Of a DNA stretch of 64,000 bases, positions 13,101-24,635 are shown one piece after another. A program made the translations under genes and the position numbers. Where the stretch lies: assembly GCA_028023455.1 (NCBI GenBank), contig JAQFVV010000002.1:8618001-8682000 (forward strand), written 5' to 3'. Origin of the DNA: Epiperipatus broadwayi. Its lineage: Eukaryota; Animalia; Onychophora. The notes beneath the pieces were generated by a model. That model did not search any database, was not told the DNA's origin, and saw only the letters and a program-made list of their open reading frames with translations. The first letter of the stretch is position 1, and each line of letters starts with the position of its first letter.

Positions 13101-13900
13101 ATATATAAGGCTGTTAAGTAGATCAGACTTATCAATAACTCAAGACTCTTTCCAGATCAACATTTTTTCCCCTGAATGTTCAAACAATAATCTATATTTT
13201 CAAAGAATTATGATATAAAAATGGACTTCTTAAAAGATTTCAAACAAACTTTTTTTCCAAATCCAGAAATAATGTCACCAAGATTTAACCTTACTAGACA
13301 TTATTGAAATCTCTTTAATTAACAGATTCAGAATAATGTGCAGATTATTTTATTCATCTTCTTTATAAATGGAATTTATCAGCAATAGACCTATGTAAAT
13401 GTAGACAAACACAAACCATGAACCAAGTAGTTAATGATTTAATAAAGTCACTAATGAATCTATTTCTTGGTTGAAATCACTAAGGTTCCTTTTTGATATC
13501 TTCTTATTAGTTAAGTTGTTTAAAAGAAAGTCTATAAGGTAAGTAAACAAAAATTAAATGATTAAAAATTTTCACAGCCAAAAACTGAACTTCTAAAATG
13601 TTTAACTATTTGCAAATTAATTTCAGACAATAAATATTATTTTAGAATTTGATTTATAGTTGCAACAGTTCTAGGTCTGAATACTGAAATTTAAAAAACA
13701 ATTTGAAGCACCATAGACCAAGCTACCTGTTAAAAATAGTTCAACTGCATAATTAAAAAATTATTATGTTAGATTATTCAAATTATATTTCGAAAACCTA
13801 TTATGATAAAAATGAATAGATATTTGAAATTATGAACATAAACATTCTCTTATAATTTTAAATTAAAAAAAGTAAACGAAGTTGAAACCAGTTTTTTAGA
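10200..13900 (+). mobile_element. Very eroded CR1/L2/Jockey-like LINE relic
   Basis: MVGDL(N) at about 10506-10525 (APE GDFN-like) and FYAGDTALI at about 12128-12155 (YADD-like) in the expected order; otherwise no open frames. Confidence 0.4.
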
Positions 13901-15209
13901 GAATTTTGAAGTATGCAAAATTGATTTTGAACACACAACTTACATTATTAAGCTTCCTCTCAACCTAGTAAAAAAGTAAGTTTCTTTTTCATTTGAAAGA
14001 AATACATTTTTTTTTAATTTTAACCAATTGAATACGGCTGAAATTAAACAGTGTTCCTTTTTAAAAAAATAAAATTGAGATAATTCACAAAATATGTCTA
14101 TAAATTGTTGTAAAAAGTTTTCGAGGTATGAAATCTAAGATAGTTTATTACTATTTTATTATTCTTTTTAATATAATTAAGACCGTATTACATTCGTAAA
14201 GATTGGATTGTAAAAATTACTTATTTTAAAACAGTTCAATAAAATGAATTGTAAAAATAATTCAACACGATGATTCAAAAAGAAAAGTAAATTGAATTTT
14301 TATTTAAGTAAAATTTTAGATTTTTATCCAATAACGAATACTTGCTTATTTATTTGTTAACACTTGAGTAAACCTAACAATTTAATAATAATATCTAATT
14401 AAAATACATGGTCACCAAGAATATTTCATATTATAATACCTAGGCTAACTATATAATTAAATCCTGCACTGAATAACTGTATAGATTTATGTGTGTATAT
14501 ATATGTGACATAGTTCACCCACAATATATCCAAATGATTTTAAAAATATAAGACGTAAAGATTAAATAACACTTTTTTTCTAAAATTCATTTCTTTATTG
14601 GTCTACAAATATATTTTAAAATTAATAATCAAATCATCTTTGAAAGCATTAAATAAAAATTTCGAGACATAATATGAAATATAGATAAATTACATTCTAA
14701 GCTTTTTATATTTCAATGATATAACTACAGTATATATAAAATTAATAATTCCTTTCATATAAAAAACTGTTGTATATAAATCATCAAAAGCGGTATATAA
14801 AATCAAGCCTATAAATGTGAAAACTAATCCACACAATAAATTATCTAAATAGTTTTTTTTTTTTTTTTAATAATAACTATAATTAATAGAATAGTGATTC
14901 AATTGTATATTGATATAAAAAAAGTTTCATTTATCTATATTACCTTTTAATGTGAGACAGATAATTATTTTGTGAGGACAAATATTTAATGCTATAAAGA
15001 TAGGTTTAATATCTTGATGCTTTTTTATATTAATATCTCTATATTTTGCTATATCCTGTTAGCATTTATTCCTACATGATTTGGGTACATGTTTTAAAAC
15101 AAGTTTATATACATAAATTTTGTTTATAGATATATTAAACAATCTCCATACTGCCCCATTCTTTTTAAATTCATATAAATAAAGATACAATATAAAAGAC
15201 GAATGACCC

Positions 15210-15249
15210 CCAAGATGCATTTTGTGCTGAACCAGCACTCATCAGTTGA
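15210..15249 (-). ncRNA. Hammerhead ribozyme motif, family 2a (GAAA mutated to AAAA)
   Basis: TCAA CTGATGA GTGCTG GTT CAGCAC AAAA TGCA TC TTG; perfect 6-bp stem II, palindromic ATGCAT stem III. Confidence 0.75.
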
Positions 15250-15419
15250 CCCCGGTCACTAACTCCCATATATATCTCTATTATATGAAGAGTATTTATC
15301 TATAATAAATTGTTACATTTTTATTTACCATTGTCAAATTCACTCCACTCACAACTTTGACACCATCCACTTCAGATAAATACAATAGTGATTATTACTA
15401 ATTATTTTCTAAACTAGGG

Positions 15420-15455
15420 CTGATGAGTGCTGGTTCAGCATGAAATGCATCTTGG
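15420..15455 (+). ncRNA. Hammerhead ribozyme motif, family 2a (core intact, 5' strand of stem I lost at the inversion junction)
   Basis: CTGATGA GTGCTG GTT CAGCAT GAAA TGCA TC TTGG. Confidence 0.75.
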
Positions 15456-15984
15456 GGGTCATTTGTCTTTTATTGTATCTTTATTTATGTGAATTTAAAA
15501 AGAATGGGGAAGTATGGAAGTTGTTTAATATATTTATAAAGATATTACATGTGGGAAAGAGAAAGGTGAATAACTCCATGTGTGTGTATGTTTAAAATTA
15601 CAAAATTAGATATATTAATCTTTGACTGAGGATTAAAGTTTATATCTGTGCTAGAGATAATCTCTAGTTTAGAAAATGATTAGTAATAATCATTATTGTA
15701 TTTATCTGAAGTGGATGATGTCAAAGTTGTGAGTGGAATGAGTTTGATGGTAAATAAAAATGTAACAATAAATTTTGTTTTATTTATGTTAATCATTCAT
15801 CAAGATTGTTAAAACACCTGCAAATTGCCTGAGTGAGAAGATGATTGTATCTTTTAAGCCATACACTAATAATTCTTGACCAATTTTCTATTTTAAGCAA
15901 ATTGTCATTATATTTAGAAAAATTTAAGATTTACTTATATATTATTGGTCTATTCACTCATAATTAATAGAAATGAATACAACC

Positions 15985-16325
15985 AAATATTAATCTATAA
16001 TATATAGGATTTATGAGCACAGACTTTCACATGACCCACCACTCTCCACTCCATCTCATAACACTGATACACTTGAACACATATATGTCGAAAAGATAAA
16101 TAATCACCAATATATGTATTTCATGCTAAACTAGCAATCATCAGTTGGTCCAAATTATTATATCCACACATATATGCTACAAGTGCTCAGATATATATTA
16201 AGATAGTCAATCTTCATACTTTAATTGACAGGCTTCAATCCACTCCACCCTCCAACGCTTCAACTGTCCATCCAATTGAAAATCTGATGGTGGAATATTA
16301 ATCTATAATATATTCCACAACATAT
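15985..16325 (-). mobile_element. Hammerhead-repeat family 2b monomer, about 310 nt with terminal redundancy
   Basis: AATATTAATCTATAATATAT at about 15987 and about 16296; homologous blocks at 58900-59290 and 49540-49730. Confidence 0.75.
16107..16148 (-). ncRNA. Minimal type I hammerhead ribozyme, family 2b
   Basis: CCAA CTGATGA TTGCT AGTTT AGCAT GAAA TACATA TA TTGG; 4-bp stem I, intact core. Confidence 0.75.
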
Positions 16326-16459
16326 AATTTATTTTTGTCTTAAGAAAATATATTAAAATAAATTATATATTTATGTTATTATTATCGGAATCAATTCTTA
16401 TATTATAGTCTGTCTTTATTCACATTTGATTTCAAGTCTTTTTGCAAGTATGGATATCT

Positions 16460-16654
16460 GCCATGTCTTTTCACATCCATATCAATCCACTGTTAACTTT
16501 GTAATCTTGTGATCTGACCAAATAATGTGCACACTTGGATCTTGTACAAATTTAAAATGATAAATTCATCAAAATGAACCATGTGTACATGATATTTTCA
16601 CAAGATTTATAAAGTTATTGGCAATCTGAATACATATGTGAAAAGACATGGCAC
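16460..16654. repeat. Imperfect inverted repeat (MITE-like hairpin), arms about 55 bp
   Basis: TGCCATGTCTTTTCACAT...AACTTTGTAATCTTGTGA versus TCACAAGATTTATAAAGTT...ATGTGAAAAGACATGGCA. Confidence 0.75.
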
Positions 16655-17179
16655 TTCTAATATATGACAGAAATTGCATCAGATTAAATCTAACAATACT
16701 AAAAGTAGTAATTTCTAACAATGCTAAAATGTGAATTTCTCACAAAAACTACAAAATATGGCTTGGAATATTAATTTCTAACAATATTAAAAATCAGAAT
16801 TTCAACCAAAAATCAATCTTAAAAAGTACATTTTTAACAATAATAAAAATATTAATTTGACATAAAAAATGTAAAATATGACACACCATTATGCAATTCC
16901 CAAATGTTATTTTAAATACAGACTAATATGACATACCATTCCCAAATATAACTTTAAATATGGGCCAAACAATCACTAAATTACAAAATATCCTAAAATA
17001 TTACACAAAAAAAATGTAAAATATACACATATGGTACTTACTGTATAATATATAACAGGAATTATCATGATGAAACAATCAATTTGTCTGTTCTACTTTA
17101 TTTTATATGGATATTTTTTTCCCAAAATGAAGAATAAAAGAATTTTTTTTACTTTTCCCAAAATGCACACTTACTTAAC

Positions 17180-17520
17180 ATGTGATTGTATTTGGGTTTT
17201 ACATGAAAATGATCATAACCAGCATTTCATAATTCAGCACTTTTATAGGCCTTCCAACAGAATAGATATCTTCACATTTTATTTGATGGTTTCCGTGAGA
17301 GTTGTCACTGTTCTCTCATTAATTGTCATGATAAAACACTCATTGATTTCCCTGCACAATCCACCAAACATTCACTGTTCAGGAAGAATTCATCCAGCTT
17401 GGTTTTTCCTTTTTGTGAAAAGGCTCTTGTCAATTTTGATGATTTTGTTAGGGCCTCAAATTTTATGTTTTCTTGAAAACTATGAATACAAATCAAGCAA
17501 AAATTGTTGAATCAAATCTA
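17180..17520 (-). pseudogene. Merlin / ISXO2-like (IS1595-related) DDE transposase remnant
   Basis: GPNKIIKIDKSLFTKRKNQAG*ILPEQ*MFGGLCREINECFIMT...WKAYK...GYDHFHVN matches the ISXO2 pattern IDES.F.KRK..RGR...WVFGG.CRE...DGWKAY...GY.H..VN; stops and frameshifts. Short AATTTCTAACAAT/AAAATATG repeats at 16670-17040 may be its subterminal region. Confidence 0.85.
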
Positions 17521-18039
17521 CAAATTCAAATGGAAGTAAAAAATAGTTAAAAATGCAATTGACAATGAAATCTGAACAATAACTGAGAATATAAAATTAT
17601 CACAAAAAAACATGTTATTGGATAAGATCGGATGACATCGCAGGGATTATATGATGTGATCACAAGAATACACATTTATCATGGATATAAAAAGGTATCC
17701 CATCTTTTCTACATTGCAGGACTAATATGTAAGAACTGCAAATTACATGTTATTCTTTTGAAAATACATGTGATTTAAAATATGTATATATTGTAACCCT
17801 CACTACATGAATATTAAGGATATATGCATAAAAAGAAATGTTAAAATAAAGATTATTTTCTTAAAACCAACTAAGCTAGCATGAAATAATAAATCTAAGA
17901 AAGGTCACAAAGTTTCCATGAAGATAATTAAACTAGCTTCAAAATCCATAGCAAAATACTATTAGGTAAATTTAATATTTGTAAACCAATAAATAATTAA
18001 TAATTAGGTCTATGAGATGAATGTGGAATTTGAATTATG

Positions 18040-19500
18040 AATTAAATGAAAAATAGATGAGAGAAATAGATAATTAAATAATGAAAATGAATGAGTTTAA
18101 GAGAAAGAAAATGTGTTAGGATAATGAATGATTAAGAAGTGATGATAGAACAGGAGCCAATGAAGGATGAACCAGCTATGATGATGAATTAACACTATTT
18201 ACAATTTTTTTAATAAAAATAATAAACAATTGAAAACATACATCTATTTTAGAAACAATATAAAGCAAGATATATTTCATTTGAGTACTGTATATCAGTT
18301 TTGATACACTGAAATGTTTAGTAACAATATCTATTTATAATATGCTATTGAGAACATTAAAGTATAGAAAAACTTTATTAATAGTATGATGATGGCAATT
18401 ATTGTGTGTATTTTTTATAAAATAATTGATGAATGCAGATGAATGTCTTGAAAACATCCAAGGATATTTAAAATATTTATTTAATGTGAATGCTTGAATA
18501 TGCATTCATTAGATAACATCTTTAATTTATTAATATTTTATCGTTATGGATGTTATCTGTTAAAATAGACATAATATTGAACTCTAAATTATATAATAAC
18601 ATAAATGTATAGTGCCGGTGTATGTTTTTTATCAATATCATTTGTGCTTCAAAACTTTAAAAAAACATCTTGAAATGAATTTAGATCTTTGTTGTTGTTT
18701 TTAATATTGTTGTTTTGGAAATTATTTTAGAATGCAGTTTGTATATATTTTATGTTAAATGATTTATTCAGTGTGGAAGATAGACGATGGTAGTTAGGAA
18801 AGTAATATTCATATGAAATCCTAGGTGTTATGGATATGTTGAAAACTGTTGTATGTGAATTACATTTTTATACTTTAAAGTTATTAAAATATACAAATAA
18901 CATAGGGCTGTATATCATTTTCCATGGACAGTTGCATTTCCTAATGGTCAATAAGTGCTATAGTAGGGCAATGACTTGAATCTTAGGTGCCCAATAAATA
19001 TGGACCTATTATTATGATTTGCAATGTATCCATGATGATATTGTCTTACTCATTGGAGTATCTATTACTATTCCATACCCTACACTTTAATCACTGTCAA
19101 TAACCACAGGAATCATCATAGAGGATAGTTTTATAAGTTGGTAAAATAATGGCTTTACAGTTTGAAGTTGTTAATTTTGTGAGGACAAGATAAAGTATAT
19201 AGAAATTTCTTTCACAAATGATGTTGAGATGATTGTCATAGTATATAACATAAGAGAGAAATAATGGATATTTCTACAAGTAGTAGAAATCACTTAGCTC
19301 AGATGCATATTTAAGGTGGAATAAAAGTGAAAACAGTGAAAATGATTTTAAATGAAATGATGAATGTAAGAATATAAAAACAAAAGACATACAAATGTCA
19401 AGTAATATAATTTATGGATAGTTCTTTAAATTTTATTATAAATAACTCAAACCCATTTAAGTTATAAAAATTCATGAAATTATCTCTTAAGTATTTTTGA
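18040..19500 (+). mobile_element. Mixed eroded LINE remnants (RTE-like 3' end at about 18040-18190; YADD-like ..DDIVL at about 19026-19050)
   Basis: Purine-rich RTE-like tail ending in GATGATGA; TATCCATGATGATATTGTCTTAC resembles YADDIVL. Confidence 0.3.
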
Positions 19501-21424
19501 TAAATAGTTATTTTTTATAGAGAGTGGTATTCATATTTTTTTATTTAAAATTTCCTGATATTCACATATCAGGATATTTTGTTAAACTTCAAAGAAAGTC
19601 TTTTAACAATTTTTTTTGAAAATATTTTACTTATTGAATTTTAAGAAGTGTATTTTAAGTATAAACTTATATTGATGCTTTACATCATAATGAACATATT
19701 TTCTAATAGTATAAGTGTAATATTAAGTTTTTTTTAGAAATTGGGGTATTTATTGTAACTGTTCCCAATATACAAAATAATAGAATATTATTTTTAATGA
19801 ATGAGGATAATATATTGTCATTATTGTTGCAAGTTTTTGGTAGTATTTTCTCCCACTGAACAAACTACCAGGTGATTCTGCAGAACCACCAAGAAGCCTG
19901 TAGGTGATAAATTTCTAAAAACAAAAATGGCTCAAAATCACTGAAATTGAAATTTGAACCCCCCGCATGAAAACAAAAATTGCTCAAAATTGCTGAAATT
20001 GAAATTTAAAACAAAAATTGATTAGAACATCTGAGGTGAGAAATGGTTAGAACTCCCCCCCCCATGCATGAAGATTTCAATGATGAATAAGTAAAGTGCA
20101 AATTATGAATGCTATTTTCAAGATACTATGAAATAAATGACAAAAAACTATAATAAAATCCTATGAAATTAAACAAAAACATACTAAATCTCAAAAAAAA
20201 AAAAAAAATAACAATGATAAATTAATGGTGGTAATACAGTACATTTGAAAAAAAAATTACTCTCACTTTCAACACTATAATGATGGGACGTGTAATAATT
20301 CACATTAAATGTAGATAATAACAAGCTCATAGTGATTTTTAAAAAAAAGTAGTTATGAAATGCAAAAACAACAGCACAAAAAATTAAATGAAAAATTTGT
20401 TAAAAAATAATCACTCTCAGGTATCTATCTAACAGATATAATAATAATTCAAATCTTAATAACAGACTAATACATATTAAGTTATCAATGTTCATATTAA
20501 CCTATAATTATTACAGCCTTTGCTCTGAATTTTATTACAGAATATAATCATTAGCGTCATTAGAGTTTAAATTCAGTTAATATGTTACTCTATTACATTG
20601 CACATATATAAAATCAACAAAATAGAAATAAAATAATCAGAATAGAAAATAGAATTTTAAAATAATTAAAATAGGTTACCAATTTCCCTTGAGAGTGAGT
20701 TGAACATTCAGGAGGTCATTGAATTTTTTCATCCTTGCAAAATGAAACTTGGGCATTCTAGATCTCTCCATTTGTGACAAAATATGGTATTTATATATTA
20801 AATTTTTCCCGACTATTGATCGCATTTTCTTTCACTTAAAGTTTGTTATTTTTAAAATAACTTACACACAATTTTGAAATGTAGATAGAAACTGAAAAAA
20901 TAGGGTAAACATTTATTGGTACTATTTCTATTATAAAGAAATTTCCAGAACTCAGGTCACATGACATATTGGTGTTATAAGTTTTGCCACAGGGACATTA
21001 ATCTTAAAATCATCAAGTGTATTTTTTGTAGAAAGTGAACTTTTTTTTTTTTAAAAGGAAAATAATACATTTTCTCATTTTACATCATAAGTCAATAATA
21101 TTAACAAATTAAAAATTCTTCTTTTCAAAAACTTTTTTTCTTATATCAATACTGAACATATATTTATATAATACAAAACTCCAATGTTTCAACTGTTTTT
21201 ATCTTCTTACAGTCATTTTTGGACTTTTGTATTATATATATTTTCAGTATTGATATAAGAAAATAAAGTTTTTGAAAAGAAAACGGAGGATTTTTAATTT
21301 GTTGATATTATTGGAGAAAGAAAAAGTGATTGTACCTTTGCTGTGTTATAATATATGATTATAAATCAAATAATTTATATATATGCATTTTCTCAAAATA
21401 TTAATCCATTAAGCTTTCTGGGTG

Positions 21425-21600
21425 TTTTTGGGAGGGGCTTTCTCTGATATTACTTTTTATTTGGCTTTGGGATGAAAGGAAGTAAAACGAAAACATTACT
21501 ATTATATTTAGTTTGGGAGGGGCTTCCTCTGATATTACTTTTTATTTGGCTTTGGGATGAAAGGAAGTAAAACGAAAACATTACTATTATATTTAGTTTG
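21425..21600 (+). repeat. About 90-bp tandem duplication present only in the left arm of the foldback element
   Basis: TTTGGGAGGGGCTT.CTCTGATATTAC...CATTACTATTATATT occurs twice here and once (inverted) at about 22180-22270. Confidence 0.9.
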
Positions 21601-21904
21601 TTCTTTAATGAAGACAAAATCTAACCCTAAGATGTAATACTTTTTATTTATTGTTTGAAATATGGCATTTCAAAAAGTTCGAATAAAAACTGCTGTACAC
21701 ATTCCATTCCATAAGTTTTAAAGTTTATACAGCTTTTTAGGGACACACGTGCACACAACAAATAAGAATTAAAACAAAACAACTAATAAACAGACATTTA
21801 ATCAAAAATTGACACGCAAACTAATAAAGACAAAAGACTAGTGATTTCTTTAGGTTAAGTGTTTATTTATAATAAATACATAAATAAAAAAACACAAATT
21901 CAAG

Positions 21905-22020
21905 TTAAACTATCGAAGACCTTGGAATGGCCATCTTGGCAAGTATGGCTCTGAACAAGCCCTTCCCTTTGTGGAGGTGATGCCACATAAATTCGGCCAT
22001 GTAGTCAGGGAGACATTGGT
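21905..22020 (-). pseudogene. Merlin/ISXO2-like transposase C-terminal fragment
   Basis: QCLPDYMAEFMWHHLHKGKGLFRAILAKMA resembles the conserved L..YLAEFMWR....F..IL..IA end of ISXO2-like transposases. Confidence 0.75.
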
Positions 22021-24635
22021 AGGCTGTGCATGTGTGTCCATAAAAAGCTGTATAAACTTTAAAACTTATGGAATGGAATGTGTACAGCAGTTTTTCAAAC
22101 ATTTTGAAATGCCGTATTTCAAACAATAAATAAAAAGTATTACATCATATGGTTAGGTTTTGTCTTCATTAAAGCACAAACTAAATATAACAGTAATGTT
22201 TTCATTTTACTTTCTTTCATCCCAAAACCAAATAAAAAGTAATAATGGAGGAAGCCGCTCCCAAAAACACCCAGAAAGGTTAATGGATTAATATTTTGAA
22301 AAAAATTGATATATATAAATTATTTGATTTATAATCATATATTATAACACAGCAAATGTATAATCACTTTTTCTTTCAAAATATATATGTTCTCCAAAAA
22401 TATCAACAAATTAAAAATCCTTCTCCTTTTTCTTTTCAAAAACTTTATTTTCTTATATCAATATTAAACATATTTATATAATACAAAACTCCAAAAATGA
22501 CTGTAAGAAAATAAAAACAGTTGAAACATTGGAGTTTTGTATTATATAAATATATGTTCAGTATTCATATAAGAAAATAAAGTTTTTGAAAATAGGATTT
22601 TTAATTTGTTAATATTATTGACTTATAATTTAAAATGAGAAAATGTATTATTTTTCTTTTTTAAAAAAAAATACTTACACTTTCCAAAAAAATACACTTG
22701 TTGATTTTAAAAATGTAGAGATTAACACCAATCTATCACGTGACCCAAATTCTGGAAATTTCTTTGTAGTAGAAATAAAAATGTTTACGCTGTTTTTCAG
22801 TCTCTATCTACATTTCAAAATTGTGCGTAAGTTATTTAAAAATAACAAACTTTAAGTGAAAGAAAACATGATCAATAGTCGGGAAAAATTTAATATATAA
22901 ATGCCATATTTGTCACTAATGGAGAGATCTAGAATGCCCAAGTTTCATTTTGCAAGGATTAAAAAATTCAACGACTTCCTGAATGATCAACTCACTCTCG
23001 AGGGAAATTGGTAACCTATTTTAATTATTTTGAAATTCTATTTTCTATTCTGATTATTTTATTTCTATTTTGTTGATTTTATATGTGTGCGATGTAATAG
23101 AGTAACATATTAACTGAATTTAAACTCTAATGATGCTATTGATTATGTTCTATAATAAAATTCAGAGCAAAGGCTGTAATAATTATAGGTTAATACGAAC
23201 ATTGATAACTTAATATGTATTAGTCTGTTATTAAGGTTTGAATTATTATTATATCTGTTAGATAGATAACTGAGTGATTCTTTATTAACAAATTTTTTCG
23301 TTTAATTTTTCGTGCTGTTGTTTTTGCATTTTATAACTACTTTTATTTTTTAAATCGCTATGAGCTAGTTGTTATCTACATTTAATGTGAATTATTACAC
23401 TCCCCATCATTATAGTGTTGCAAGTCAGAGTATTTTTTTTTCAAATGTACTGTATTACCACCATTAATTTGTCATTGTTAATTTTTTTTTGAGATTTAGT
23501 ATGTTTTTGTTTAATTTCGTAGGCTTTTATTATAGTTTTTTGTCATTTATTTCATAGGATTTTGAAAATAGCATTCATAATTTGCACTTCACTTATTTTT
23601 CATTGAAATCTTCGTGCATGGGGGGGGGGTTTCTAACCATTTCTCACCTCAGACCTTCTAATCAATTTTTGTTTTAAATTTCAATTTCAGCGATTTTGAA
23701 CCATTTTTGTTTTAAATTTCAATTTCAGCGATTTTGAGCCATTTTTGTTTTCGTGCGGGAGGGGGGTCCAAATTTCAATTACAACGATTTTGAGCCATTT
23801 TTATTTTTAGAAATTTATCACTTACAGGCTTCTTGGTGGTTCTGCAGCGTCGCCTGGTGGCTTGTCTAATGGGAGAAAACACTACCATTTTTGGTAGTGT
23901 TTGAAATGGCCAGAGTGAAGACTCTTATTTTATTTTTTGCCATTTATTGGTAAGATTTACTGTTAAGTATATATTTTTTAATGGTAAATAATGTCAATTC
24001 TTATTTTACTTTTGTAAATATTTTTTTAATATTATGTTATAAGTTTATTGTAATAGTATAATGATTTATCTGTGTGTTGTTTATTTGATTTTTCATTCTA
24101 CATGCATGATCCATAGAAATTAATAATTTGAAATATTATTTTTTTTTGGCACATGATCTATAAAGATTACATAAATATTTCTATTATATCTGATTGAGTA
24201 ATGGATCTTCTTCTTCTTCCTCCTCCTTCTTCTTCATCATCATCATCATCATCAAAGAACTTTATTAAGCAATCAAGGTTACATAGCTTATTACATATAG
24301 CATGACATAGGAATTTGATACATTTAGTATAGTAACAATGGTATAATAACATGTACATGATAGATATACAAAGAATATGAATGAGCACTAAAAATTACTA
24401 TAGCGCTGTATAAATAAATACTTAATTATAAAAAAATTATGTATATATAAAATTAAATGGAAACAGTCAGTTACATCTAGAGTACATACATAAAAAGCAG
24501 AAATCTCAAACTATAAAAAATTATATAAGTTTATTCACGTCTCTCTTTCATCATCTCATTGGGATGACAAAATGAGACAATTGTCATTACCTTAGGCTAG
24601 GATCTAAGATTTTCATTCATTAAAGACCAAGTGTC

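Larger units (their letters stand above)
15080..15780. mobile_element. Hammerhead-repeat family 2a head-to-head array (unit about 430-450 nt)
   Basis: 15130-15245 inverts to 15420-15540 and 15270-15415 inverts to 15662-15780, i.e. circularly permuted copies of one unit; junction at about 15418. Confidence 0.85.
19839..23886. mobile_element. Giant foldback element of Merlin type: about 1.9-kb inverted arms (19839-about 21755 and about 22025-23886) around a spacer of about 270 bp
   Basis: Arms align in reverse complement over their whole length; termini GGTAGTATTTTCTCCCA / TGGGAGAAAACACTACC; about 40-bp subterminal tandem units; spacer holds a transposase C-terminal fragment. Confidence 0.9.

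Noticed and set aside
24167-24388. ORF with a poly-D/E/G/R tract
   Set aside because: It is the translation of the microsatellite tail of the LINE
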